Part shown: positions 50,306-63,131 of the stretch, one piece after another
How positions within the stretch are numbered: position 1 is the stretch's first letter
Layout: each line of letters begins with the position of its first letter
NCBI GenBank assembly: GCA_038496445.1
Contig: JALMLS010000309.1
Span: forward strand, 248,001-312,000
Direction: 5' to 3'
Origin: Trichosphaerium sp. ATCC 40318
Lineage: Eukaryota; Protista; Tubulinea
DNA length: 64,000 nucleotides
Notes under the pieces: generated by a model
What the model saw: the letters and a program-made list of their open reading frames with translations, nothing else
Told to the model about the DNA's origin: nothing
Databases searched by the model: none
Made by a program: the position numbers and the translations under genes

Positions 50306-53105
50306 ATGGAAGCGTTTAAACAGTGGCTCAGCGACGAAGTTGAAAAAATCGTTGGATTTCCAGCGAAGGACATTGCAAATTACGTTGTAACACTCGATAC
50401 GCTCGCAGCTCAAAAGGAACACTTGTTGGTACGCGTTTTACAGTATGTTAAAATATTTTAAAACCAATTAATCGCCTCAAGTCGTTTTTGGGAGCTCAGC
50501 CGAAAGTAAACCAACTACTGAAGCAATACGACGCGCGTTACAAAAAATTAAACGTTAGAAAGCCACAAGCGTCTAAACCACAAAACGCGGCTAGCACAAG
50601 CCATAAATCATCTAACCGTGGCTCTACAACAAGAGAAAACCCATGGGGCAAGAAAAAAGAAACAAAGACGCCAGTAGCACAAACACAGCCTTCTAGGCAA
50701 CAAAAGCAGCAACAAAAACCAGAGCAACGTGCAGGTGGCAAAGCAAAGCTGAACGAGAGCGGCGGTGATCAATATTTGGAAGACAAGTACAGCACAGCTC
50801 CTGTCTCGAAGGGCAAACGAAAGAAAGGCGCAAGCGGTACCCCACGTGACACAAAATTTAAGATTTTATTTGTGACGAAAGCAGCACTCTAGTGACGTCT
50901 ACAACTAAAAAACATGCTACACAAACAGAAATTTCACAGAAAATTACAGAGATTTGCGCACAACCCATTGGAACCCAACCTGACACTTCACCTCTAGACA
51001 ATGCAGCATACGTGGTGATTGATGAACGTGATGCTTCAGTACCGTACAAAAGAGTTGACAACGTTCGGATTGTGCGCAAGATTGCAAAGAATAAAGGAGG
51101 AAAGTCAGTTGGCAGGAATCAAAATAAAAAAGATAGCCAACCCCGTAAGCGCAAGCCATGCACCTGCAATGGTAAGCAAGTAAAAAAAAGTTGAAAGTCA
51201 GGATTGTACTAACGTTTCTATTCGTCCATTAGGCATCAGGCATAAACTATTTAACAACTGCCTAAATTGTGGCAAGATAATTTGTGTAGAAGAGGGTCCA
51301 GGTACAACCCTTGTTTCGCCTACAATTGTTTCCTAAGACACCCCCAAAAGGTCCTTGCTTCTTCTGTGGCCATGAAGTGGTAGGTCGTGGTTCAAGCACA
51401 GATTCTATGGTTGCTGGTACAGATGCGGCTGAGGCACACTTGAACAAGTGCGTGATTATATAGCCGCTAACAACCAAGGATGAGTACTAACTGTGTGTTC
51501 AATGTCAGGCTTTTGGAATTTGATCAAAACTCAGTTGAAAGATCTAAACTCTTTGGTAATGCACTTGATTCTATTCTAATGGGTCTTATCTAACGTTGAA
51601 ACAGACGATCAGTCCGATTACTTTGACACAAACAAATGGATGACCCCAGAAGAACGAAATGTACTAAAACAAAAGAAGATAGCGTACGAAAAGGAAAAGG
51701 AAGACAGCAAAAAGCGCATCACCCTGGATTTCGCAAATAAGCGCGTTGTATCTGGTACCTGTTATAACACTGCATGCTCTATCTCTGGCTCACTGTAGAC
51801 TACTTTAGAAGCCAAACCAGCGTACAGTATATCAACGGAAGATTCGTATGGCTCAGACTTCCGCGTCAAACCAAAACCTGGAATGGTACGTACATATATA
51901 TTGATATGATGGATTTGCGCTTATTCGGTAGTCGAGTGGTGGCGCAGAACACACAGACGGAGGGTTTTATCACAACCCTCATTTGGATTTCCATCCAATA
52001 TTTATTCCAGAGGATGACAAGGATACGTCAAAGAAGGACACTGCACCACAAGAAAAGAAAAAGAGTAGAGTACAAACAGGTTACTTTGATGAAGAGAATG
52101 AAGATATGTCGCTCTTCGCAGTCGCCACAAAGTCTGCTGCACTCACAGAAATTGAAACACGTTAGTTACCCCTTTACTCATAGTAGCATATGCTCACCCT
52201 TTCCAATGCCTAGCGGTACCTGGTGTGCGATACTTAAAGGACTATCTTACAGAGAAAGAAGAGATGAAGCTCATAGAAATAGTGGATGGCTCAGAGTGGA
52301 GTGATGGTACCATAATAGACACTGCTATACACTATTTTTTCCACTTGCGAGATGTTTTGCTTATGATTTGTAGCATTGCGTAGAAGGACACAGCAATATG
52401 GATACACCTATGATTACAGCGCGTATGTAACACGTGTGGCTCAAAATGAGCTAAATTTGTCTTTTGTTTGTTTGTGCTAGAGTCGTTGGTAGTGTTAACA
52501 TTTGTTCTTTGTCTTTAGAAGGAAAAACAAATCGAAATCAGTTGATGCTGCCAGATTGTCATCGGCGCAACCAATGCCACTGTGGCTGTCTAGTTTAGCA
52601 AAGCGATTATTCAATGATGGAGTGACACCGCATGTGTCCGATCAGCTCATTATAAACGAATACAAGCCTGGACAAGGGATATCACCTCACATAGATCACA
52701 CCGCCTCATTTTGTGACTTGTACGTGCCTGTTGTGTCGCTTTGTTGCAACTCTCTTACAATTGTTGTGTTTTTAGCATTGTATCAATATCTATGGCTTCT
52801 GGATGTACCATGACGTTTCAAGCGTACGAAGATGAGAGTAAACCACATGACTTGTACCTGGAGCGTCGATCAGCAGTTGTGTTGAGGTATGTGTCCCCAC
52901 CTTGTTTTGATGCCTCAGTTCACCTGCCTCGTAATGTCTAAGCATAAAATCTAGTGGTGAAGGGCGATACGACTGGACACACGCAATCACTGGCGAACAC
53001 AGCGATGTTGTTGATGGCAAATCAATACCACGGTCTCGACGCATTTCTTTAACATTCAGAAAAATAGTGGAGAAGAAGAAAGAACAAGAACAAGACGACT
53101 GGTAA
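50306..53105 (+). CDS. TRIP4/ASC-1/Rqt4-like protein fused to a C-terminal AlkB-family 2OG-Fe(II) dioxygenase
   Basis: PWI-like N-terminus; C2HC5 finger CTCNGIRHKLFNNCLNCGKIICVEEGPGPCFFCG; LLEFDQNS...DDQSDYF; ITLDFANKRV. Then VPGVRYLKDYLTEKEE, RRTQQYGYTYDY, IINEYKPGQGISPHID, WTHAI, RRISLTFR. Confidence 0.85.
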
Positions 53106-53216
53106 CAAACACACTCCTTTCGTTTAAATCTTTTATTTTTTTTGGTGTACATAAAAAGAACAGCGCTTCGCACATACGATGGCACTTTGGGTTTGATTCG
53201 TTGGGGTTGGTTTTGT

Positions 53217-54580
53217 TTATGCTGTTGCATCGTTTCTTGATGAAAATATCAAGTTGCTCTCGTCACAATTTATACCAACCATTGCTTCTCCTAAAAACCA
53301 CTGCATTAACATTCTGCGTTCATATGATAAGTGTGGCGGCGTACCGAGATTTTGACTGATATCAGCCAGGATTTTGGGGTTTTTATAGTGTGTTACAGCC
53401 TGTACCATGGCTTTAGCGCGCTTTTCAGGGTTTCCAGATTTAAAGATGCCAGATCCCACAAAGACACCATCCACACCAAGTTGCATCATCAACGATACAT
53501 CAGCAGGCGTTGCAATACCGCCAGCTGCAAAGTTGACAACAGGGAGGCGACCCAATTCCCTAGTCTTCTGAACGAGTGCCAAAGGCGCCGATATTTCCTT
53601 TGCGAAATGGTATACTTCGTCATCGCTCATAGCCTTCAGTCTGTTTATTTCCTTGTTCACTAGGAGTGCGTCAGTAGGAAGCGAGGGGTTTGTGGTTGGT
53701 GGGTGATAAAAGAAGCAAAACTTAAAGAGTGTGGTAATCAATAACACGTACATTGGCGCGTGTGGCGCACAGCGTTAACAACGTTACCAGTGCCCGCTTC
53801 ACCTTTGGTGCGAATCATGGCGGCACCCTACGACAATGTCAATTAAAGGCGGACAATAAAATGTCCGCATGTTAGCCTCCATTTATTTTGACACTGACCT
53901 CAGCAATGCGGCGTAGGGCTTCGCCCAAGTTTCTACATCCACAAACAAATGGAATCTTAAACTTGTGCTTGTCAACGTGATAAATTTCATCGGCTGGTGT
54001 CAACACTTCAGACTCATCAATGTAGTCCACCTCCAGGCTCTCTAGTATCTGAGCTTCTGCAAAGTGCCCTATACGACACTTGGCCATCACAGGTATCGTC
54101 ACTGCCTCCTGTATCTCTTTTACTTTCTGCACAAAGTGATTAGAAGGCGAGCGCAAAAGACGTAAACGACTTTAACTACTCGTTGGTTTCACGTGTTATT
54201 TTTTGCTGCTTGAAAAGGTAAAGGGACGTGCCATTGGATCAGCCATGCGTGCGACGCCTCCATCCTTCCTGATATCGGCTGGTACGCGTTCTAGCGCCAT
54301 TACAGCGCATGCACCCGCTGCTTCGGCGATTAAGGCTTGTTCCTTGTTAACGACATCCATAATGATGCCTCCCTTTGGCGTGTAAGCGATTATCAAAAAA
54401 GAAAAATGTTCCGAAAATCAAAGTAGACATGGTGACTCTTCACAACTGTAAGAAGCGACCGTTCACTTACTTTTAGCATTTTAGCGAGTCCTGCTTTTAC
54501 TTCCCATGTCCCTGTTTTAGCGGTGCTTGGTGTCGAGCCTATGCGTACGTTAGGGTTGTTGAGTACAAAGACGCACTCAT
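53217..54580 (-). CDS. PDX1: Pyridoxal 5'-phosphate synthase, synthase subunit
   Basis: [85 protein letters not shown]. Confidence 0.98.
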
Positions 54581-54809
54581 GAGGTGATGTGTTGAATTGC
54601 TGGTTGAGCTTTTAATTTTACGATTTTTTTACGTTTTACGCGAGTTCAGTAAAGGTGACTCAGCATGGAATTTGTCAGCGAAATACTGAATGTTCCAGCC
54701 ATCTCTGCAACCCCATAAATTCTAAAACGTGAGTCAGCACAGATTTTTGCGACGAAATACGGAATCTTCCCCAACTCTAGCAAAACCCCACACTTCTCAA
54801 AGTACAGCC
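54581..54809. promoter_or_regulatory. Probable bidirectional promoter between PDX1 and PDX2
   Basis: 229 bp between the divergent start codons of two subunits of one enzyme; no specific motif identified. Confidence 0.55.
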
Positions 54810-55581
54810 ATGACCGACGTAACGATTGGTGTACTGGCGCTACAAGGAGCATTTATAGAACACGTTCAGAAACTGTTAAAGTTAGGCGTCAAAACGCGCC
54901 AAGTGCGCTTACCTGAGGATCTAGAGGGTCTCGACGGTCTTATCATACCAGGTAAATAAGAGTTGACATGTCTTGTTAATAACGCTTGTTTAGGCGGTGA
55001 AAGCACTACCATGGGCAAATTGGCACAAGATTTTAACTTGTTAGAACCGATCCGTGCATTTGTTCTTAAAAACAACAAACCTACATGGGGAACGTGCGCA
55101 GGCATGATCATGCTGGCGAATGAGCTAGAACAAGGTCGACAAAAGGGTCAAGCACTGGCACGTGATAACACTTATTTCAGCACCTTGAATCAGTACTTCA
55201 GCTAAAATACTTTTAGATTGGTGGCATGGCCATTAAGGTATCAAGAAACCATTTTGGTAGGCAATTGCAAAGCTTCAGCTGTAAGCTCAATCCAACAGAA
55301 GATATAAAGCAAAGCATAGACGTGCGCATTGTTCTTTCCATTGCGCCTTAATTTTTTTCTAGTGTTCGGACGATGACGCCATATTTATTCGGGCGCCATG
55401 TGTGACAGCTGTCCTTGATTCCAAAGCAGTAAAAGTGCTCGCAACGCTACCAGAAAGCGCAGCTATTGTAGCAGTGCAACAAGGAGGGATGCTTGCTACG
55501 GCTTTCCATCCTGAGCTGAGCGCCTCTAATGCTTGGCACCAACACTTTGTAAATATCGTAAATCAACACAAAAAGGCGTGA
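54810..55581 (+). CDS. PDX2: Pyridoxal 5'-phosphate synthase, glutaminase subunit
   Basis: [32 protein letters not shown] (Cys), [23 protein letters not shown] (His/Glu). Confidence 0.97.
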
Positions 55582-55829
55582 CGCACAAGACAAGAACTAA
55601 CTAATGTACAAAACTGGACAAACAGGAACTCACCTGTAGACAATAGGCGAATTATAGCTATTTTCTTATCATCAGTACCCCGAGGCCACCCACAATACAA
55701 CAAACGGAGAGTTATACTTAAATAAAGAATTAAGTCGGACTTTCCAATTGTAAAATTTTTGAGCTAGACACCAGTTACTACACAGGAACTCTGTGTTTAA
55801 TTTATTCAGTAACTCAATTATATACACAA

Positions 55830-58383
55830 ATGGCGGATAACGAAGAGTGGGGCGACTACGAAGCTAGCGAGTACCTGGACCCTGAAACGTGCGAACATGG
55901 CTATTTTACAAATTTCGAAAGTCGAACACCCACTAAATCACCGTAGGCCGCTCCCTGGATCAATCAGAGAAGATTTGGACACACCAGATTATAAAGTACG
56001 ATATTTATTGTCAGTGTTTTGCGTATGCTTTAAAACGTTAAACGTTTCATAAAAGGATGACCAAGACAATACGCACAAACCAACTAGAACGCCACCACCA
56101 AAACGTGGTGCACGTGATTTAGCTACGGATCACGTGGCCCAGCCACATTATTATGATGATGACGATGTGCCACCACAACACGTTGATCCTATGCCTGAGC
56201 CGCACGGACAGCCAACAAAACCTAGGAGTAAACGTTATGCGCCCAAGCCTGATCCACAAAGTCCAGGAGCTCAGTACTCGCCTCATGATCCGGACTACCT
56301 TTATGAAGGTACAAATTGGGATACCTTGTAACAATCAAAAAAAAAGTAGAGTGATTTATAACGCAAGTTTCAGAGTTCAGTCCCAGAAGACAACAACCTC
56401 GAGATGGGCCCAGACAACGCGCTCCACTTACGCCCAGTACCAAGTTCCTGCCTACAGTGACTACTCGAGACGAGTATAGGCCCGCACAATCATCGCCTAG
56501 CTATCACGATAGGAACAGCCCTCCAGCACCGTACTATCCAGACGACCCTCCAGACAGACGGAATTACACGCCAACTCAGCACGAGCGCGAACATGAACCT
56601 GACTATGATTATTGGGACGATCCTCCAACACGCAGCCCTCGTCGGGCTGTGAGCACTCCTAATCCGCACATGCCACATAGTCCACATGCTCCTCATAATC
56701 CTCACAGTCCGGCACATCCACGTAGTCCACATACTGTGCCGTACGCCCAAAGAGGATACGCTGATGCTTATGACTACCCATCTCCATCCGCTAAATACCA
56801 ACAGCACCAACCAGTACATAGCCATCATCGCCGCGACACTCGTCCTGTAGCATACACAGAAGGTAGACGGCGTGGCCCTCCATCGAGGGTTGGGAGGTAC
56901 GAACGCCTTGATGCTTTGTTTTCTTTTTCGTTTTTGGAAGAGACTTACAGCCCGCATCCAGGTCACGCATAGCACCGGGAGAAATGAGAAGTCGTATCAT
57001 TGAGGTTGAAGTAAGCATGTTGAGAGATCACGCACATAGTGGAGACAAAAAGGCCCACGACCACTACCTAGACAATAAAATAAGTACGCAAATGTGGTTT
57101 ATTATTTATTCACCGCTTCAAATACCAACTCATTTCTGAACAGAACGTAAAATCCAGGATATGTTCTACCTCCTGGATCCTCACGCTAATATTGACGCGG
57201 TACAGTTTAACGCCTGAGTTAGCTAGTACTTGTGCTTATTGCTAGTAGGTCCTAAATTCGCCTGAGCTAGAAGCACTCCGCATGATGCACGCTGGTCTAT
57301 CTCCGCAAATCATACAACGCATTATTGACAAACAGTTTGGAAACGGTAAACCAAACACTTTCAACAAGGAAGTCCCCCTCGTCCAAGCTCATACTCTATT
57401 AAAAAAGGTAGCGAGATATGGTCTGGCGTAGAATGCGTACTTCAAGAAGAAAATCCAAGAGATTACTCAGAGTACCTGGGGAGGTATTTGTACAAACGGC
57501 ACTGGGAAAGAAAGCATGGTGGCCCCATTGACAGCCCAGCACGCCGTGCACCTCGAGGCACGCCAAGGGGAACACCAAGAGGAAAGGGAAGCCCAAGAGG
57601 AACACCAAGAGGCACACCAAAGGTACCCTTTTGAGAAACGGGATTTGTTCAAAACCTGCTTCATTCCGTACTTGCGCTAATATACGTTCAACTAGTCCAC
57701 CAAAAAGTCAGGTATTAATCCTTACAAATCGCCAGATGGAACGATAGACTTTTCACTTTCAGCAACAGGAGGCTCTGGTAGGGATTTGAGAGTACGCATA
57801 CACTTAAGTTTACTGGGTACGTTGAGAACCTAACAGCTTACAACAGATACCGGCTATTGACGTTTCCCGAGGCCAGAACTATGTACGTGTTGTTGTTGCA
57901 GATATAATTGACTGACTTGTTGTGGGGGTAGATTATGCAGAAAGAAGTTGCTTTCAAAAAGACAAGAGTAACTTCACCCGAAGGTGGTGGCATGGGTGGC
58001 ATGACGTTCTGGCAGCTTCATAGCACGACCCACAATGCGCCATACTACCTACACGATGTACGGTGGATTACCCTCCGCCCATTGCTTTTACTAACTAGTT
58101 CTCAAAAAGGCGTGCTTAAAGTACCTTAAATCGCGTAACCTCGTCGGCAAACGCATGTGGATTCATGGCGAAGTCAAGCGTGTCGATACTATGACTGTAA
58201 AAATTGGTAATCGCTATGGTACGTGCAGTAGGAATCATTCAGCATGACATAAAACTGTAACATTGCACGCTTACAAAATATTTAGATCAACCGCCGAATT
58301 CAAAGGTATTTATAGTATCCATAAACTTTCCAACAAGACCGAGTCTAGTCAAGCAACAACCCCTCGCTGACGACTTGCTGTAA
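55830..58383 (+). CDS. Pro/His/Tyr-rich disordered protein with a C-terminal Atg11/FIP200 Claw-like domain
   Basis: Low-complexity exons; the last three exons splice to FWQLHSTTHNAPYYLHDACLKYLKSRNLVGKRMWIHGEVKRVDTMTVKIGNRYDQPPNSKVFIVSI. Confidence 0.6.
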
Positions 58384-58596
58384 CCCTTGTTTACAACACG
58401 TGTGCAAATCTCTTGTCAAAATCACAATGGATTAGCTGACGGCCGCAGCACTTGTTCGTTCTGTATTAATAAATAATAATAAAATTCTCAGTCAGCTTGA
58501 GTTAGTTGTCGCACAGTGGGATGATGTAGCTACAACATGAGATATTGTTGAGGGAATGTTTTAATTATACAAGTTGACTTAATGTACAGTGCTCTC

Positions 58597-61500
58597 TTAA
58601 TCAAAAGAAACCTTGGTGCCACGTTTGGCTGTACCAATTTCGCAGTTGTTTGCTTGTGTAGCGAATTGTAGGCAGCTAACAATACGTCAATAATCAATCC
58701 ACATAGAAAATAAAGCAAAAATGCGCAAATTGCATGATTTTGTTTCGTACTTGACACTCTCTCTGTAGTCGGTTGCGTTTGGTGAAATATTTACAAACAT
58801 GAGGCACTTAGAATGCCCTCCAAGTGAGAACTGTAATAGTTTTGTGAGGGATGACTCTCTGAAAGGAACATAGCTCGCTTTGTTTGCTACAAAAAATAAC
58901 GTCAGAATATCTCAACAGCATAACGAAAACTAAACCACAAAATGATGAGGTACGTACCAAGGGCTGCGATGGTTTTGCGCAGTGTCATCAAACTCAAGTT
59001 AATGTGCATCGTTTCCTTCTTGGTACCGCCTTGAGCGTGAGATCTTTTCAAGCTTTCAGAACCAGCAAGATCAATCAAGTTGAGTACAGCCTGAAGAAAA
59101 TACAATAAGAAACAAGCATGAAGAAAAAGTGTTATGCGTGTCGTACATTGCACTTATCGTTTGTGACCTTGTTCACTCCAGAGATGTACAGTTGGAATAC
59201 AGCGTGACTGCGTGAACTTCTTTCGTTTTGGTCAGTTGAAGCTACTTTACGGTTTGAAGAAGCTCTGGACAAGAGGTTCATGACGTATTCAGGCGTCTTT
59301 ACACAAACTGCAAAAAAAAATAAGTATTCGGCGACTGACGACATGTCCTAGATTGGATGACAGGAATGTATTGCGTACCTTGTGTTAGATTTGTAACGTT
59401 GACCTTATGAGCCTTGGCATCAACCTTGACATCATAAGATGTTTTCTCAGCGACCTTTCTAGGCTTCAAGAGATCGTTTATCTTCTCGTTGTAAATCTCG
59501 AGATAAGAGGCGTGGATAGTGTATTGCCAGCCCTTCTCTTTCAAATCGTGGGCAGTAGAAAAGATTTGTTGGACGGCACGAGGAATCATACCACTACAAA
59601 GGTAAATCAGTATATTTGGCAATGGCAAAGGTGTAACCGAATAAAAAACAAAGAAAGCGAAAAAAAAAACAATCTAGTCGAAGAAGATAAGACAAGACGT
59701 ACACATTTTCGTCAGTGCGGTGCTCTGGCTCAGGACCCTCCATGGTGTACGTCTTACCAGAACCTGTTTGTCCGTATGTAAAGATACAAGTATTGTATCC
59801 ATCAAGTGCACTTTGTGTCAACTGGCTAATCTCGTCAAAGACTTGAGACTGTGTTGAGCCTGGCGGGAATACTTTGTCAAACTTGAAAGTCGTCTTCTTT
59901 GGTACAGGGCGAGACTTGGAACTTGTCTTCATGCGCGTGTGAATATCCAAGGTTTGGTCATTGGCGCGGTTGAAGATGTACTCGGTTGTCTTGAGACTCT
60001 CTGTTTCGTCCTCGCCTCCCAAGAATGGACGGACACGGCAAAATACGCGAATATTACCCTTGAGCTCTTGGATGTGGTTGTGGAGCTTGCGGCGAATGGT
60101 ATCGTCATTTCGGCTTTTTTCTTCCAAGTAACTGACGTGATCTTTCATCTCATCATTCGCTTTCTATTGCATGTCATGTTAGTTTGATGATAAACGCACG
60201 TGATTGCAAAGTCTTTCAAATTAAAAATTCGATTTTGGAATTCCGGGTGGGGTACCTGAAGTTGAGCGATCAGTTCTTTCTGTTCAGCGCATGTAGCTTG
60301 TTCAGCTGTCAAATCGGTGGTTAGCTGTCCGTTCTTCTTTGTAAGCGTGTCAATCTCGCTCAAGTGTTGGATTTTGGTGGTGATCAATGAATCTCTCTCG
60401 GTCGTCATGGTCCTGTGTGCCTCAAGGTCAGCAAAACAGCCACATTTAAAAAATCGCGAAATAGAGAATAAAAGACAAAGGGGGACGTACATGAGTTCAA
60501 CGACTTTGGCTTGTACTTCAGATTTGAGATTAGCGATTTGTGCCTTGAGAAGTGAACTTTCTCTCTCCTGGTTGAGCTTCATGTCCTCCATCAACCTCAT
60601 CAGTTCTGAATTGCGCATGTTAGATTTGCGCATCTCTTCGTGAGCACTGTCCATTTGTGATGAAAGCTGGACCTTTGTGGATTGTTCTTGCTTCACTATA
60701 CAAAACTTAGTCACCCGGCTCGATACAAAAAGAAAGAAAAACCAAAGATGATTAATCAACGAGAGCCCACGTACAAGTTATTTCACGTTGTGCCAATCGC
60801 TCGGTAAGCGTCTCAAGGCTCTGTGCCATAGCAAGCAACTGTTGTTGAAGTGCTTTTGAATACTTCTCTTGTTCGTCCATGCGGTTCTATATCCAACAGG
60901 TGAGCACACATGGAACACGTTTATACAAAACGAAAAATCGCATTGCAGGCATGTAGCGGAATATTTACCTTCATGTCTGAGACCGGACGCCTGTTAGCAG
61001 GGCGTCTGTTGGTGGTAGCGATTGTTTCTCTTCGTGTAATTTGTCGAGTCTGACCTGGTCTCGTGCCAGTGCGTGTAACTCTTAGAAGACGTCAATGATT
61101 TGACAAACAAAACAAAACAAAACAAAGAAATGCTCAATCAAAAAAAGCGAAATCTGTTGCAGTTTACCTCGTTGGGCGCCTACTGACAGTACCACGTGAA
61201 TCTCGTCCTACAGAAGGTGCGCGTGCGACTCTTCGTCTTGGTACAGCGCTGTTGAGCATTGTTAGTGCGTTGTACAGCAAATGAAAAACAAAAAAAATAG
61301 CGGTTGTACTGGTACGCTAAAAACTGAAAGAAAATCGCTATATGTATAACACAAACACAAGGAAAACAGTTTTTTCGATTTGGCGGTTTGATTTTTTGTT
61401 TTGGTGTTTAATCGTACGTTTTAGTTGATGAGCTCTGCGTTGGACGTGAGAAGTCCTTTAGGCTTCTCTTTGCGAGGGTTTCGCGGCGCGTAGGAGCGTT

Positions 61501-61749
61501 TGCTGTGTTTTCATCACCCTGAGTGTATTAGACGCTGTAAGCACAGTTATAACATACCACAGTTCTTCGTGTTGTGGTTCGAGGTCTTACAAGGCGGGTC
61601 GGTTTTGTTCCCGTTACATTCTACAAGGTGTTAACAGACTACCGGTTTTACGTTTAGAATTGATGAGTGTTGATGTATTTCAAACTGCAAAGTTGCAGAA
61701 AGAGCGTTTAGCGCGTTTTACTACTTCGTACCCTGCGTGTTGTTGACAT
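58597..61749 (-). CDS. Kinesin-14 (C-terminal motor; Kar3/KIFC1/Ncd type)
   Basis: Basic tail and coiled coil, neck RRKLHNHIQELKGNIRVFCRVRP, P-loop YGQTGSGKTYTM, NERSSRSH, LIDLAGSE, HINLSL. Confidence 0.96.
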
Positions 61750-62072
61750 TTGATGCTAGAAGGTATATGTTAGCGCCGATAAAGTGGCTATGGTTGTTAG
61801 AATGTTTCGGCGGGATAAAATGCGAATTTAAACCTTAACCGCAATTAAGGAGGTTAAGAAAACAGAATCATCTTCTTAACGGCTACCTGGACCGTCCTCA
61901 GTAACTGAAACTCAAAGTGGTTAACTCTTCAATTCGATTTGACAGTGAATATTCGTATTTGCGCCTAGCACATACAAAGATGTGATTTGTAGCGACGTTA
62001 CATTTAAATTTACAATTTACTGGCCGCCAATAAGGCCAATCAGGTACACAACCGCAATTTGAAGACAATATT

Positions 62073-63002
62073 TTACAATCCGTCTAGCAAGCTATAGCTG
62101 CCTTGACGCTCTTTTCTGACCTTCCATATCAAGTAACCGATGCAAGCCCATGATCCAAGCAGGCAAACTACGAGAGCGCCCAAAACGCACCATACCACAG
62201 GTGTCACAATTTGAACCTAATGCAATTGCTTGTCAATACAAAGAAGGGCATGGGCTGAGATAGTAAGTACCCTAACGATTCGTATTGGTGGTGGCGTAGG
62301 TTCTAGTAATAGCAGTCAAAACACACATCCTTTACAAATTTAGCATACGTACCTTCTGGTATTGGAGGTTCCAGAGTTGGCGCTAGTATGTGAGTAAGCA
62401 TAATGTATATCAATTTCGAGTCCGTACGGGCTGTAGGTCCTACAGTGGTGGGCGGCAAAGTAGGTGCAACAGGGGGTATTGGTGCCGTGCTTGGTGTAAC
62501 CGTAGTAGGTGTTGATGTTGGTGGTTGGGTAATCGGCGTTTTAGTTGTTGGTGCGATGGTAGGTGGCTTCACGTGGGTTAGAAAAATTGGTAATTTCTGA
62601 ACAAAAAAGCGCTCGTCTAACGTGTCAAACAGCAATTCCCAACGTACTTCTGTAGTGCAGTTCGGCGCCAGCTTGCACGATTGTTCTGGCTCGGTACTAT
62701 TAGCGTGTTTACAAACATGGTCTGTTCCGGATTCGCACTTTGGTTTCAAGTAAATAGCTGCGTGTTATTTCACTGTAGAAACGCGTACCCAACTGCACAT
62801 TGAACCGCACTTGAGGCAAGACGCCGCGTCCTGGTTTGTAGAGCACGATAAACTGCTTTGAGCACCAATTGACGCAATACATAAAATAACGCATATTACA
62901 CCTATTAGCTGTAGCTTCCTACTATATATTAATTCAAATAGTAACGTTTGGTTTAGTTTTGAATTATAAATACCTAAATAGTCCGACCGGTCCGTCTGAC
63001 AT
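62073..63002 (-). CDS. Type I membrane glycoprotein: signal peptide, PSI-like Cys domain, PT-rich mucin stalk, TM, short tail
   Basis: LIGVICVILCIASIGA; CSTNQDAASCLKCGSMCSW/CESGTDHVC; PTT-rich stalk; TM VVWCVLGALVVCLLGSWACIGYLIW; tail KVRKERQGSYSLLDGL*. Confidence 0.7.
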
Positions 63003-63131
63003 GCTGCACAGTTATGTTGAGTTGTCTTTGGTGAACCTCTTGAATGTTTGAGACCAGCCTAAGCCGCACACGGCCGTTTAAGTTGCCGAACACATTTTTC
63101 GCCGTTACGACAGTGGAACGCTTCTAGAACC

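Noticed and set aside
46516-53105. Functional 'demethylase pair' (LSD1-like and AlkB fusion head-to-head)
   Set aside because: Short divergent spacers are common throughout the window between unrelated genes, so adjacency alone is not evidence of shared function.
21020-55581. Vitamin B6 'cluster' linking PLP-dependent GCAT with PDX1/PDX2
   Set aside because: They are 30 kb and many unrelated genes apart; coincidence is sufficient.
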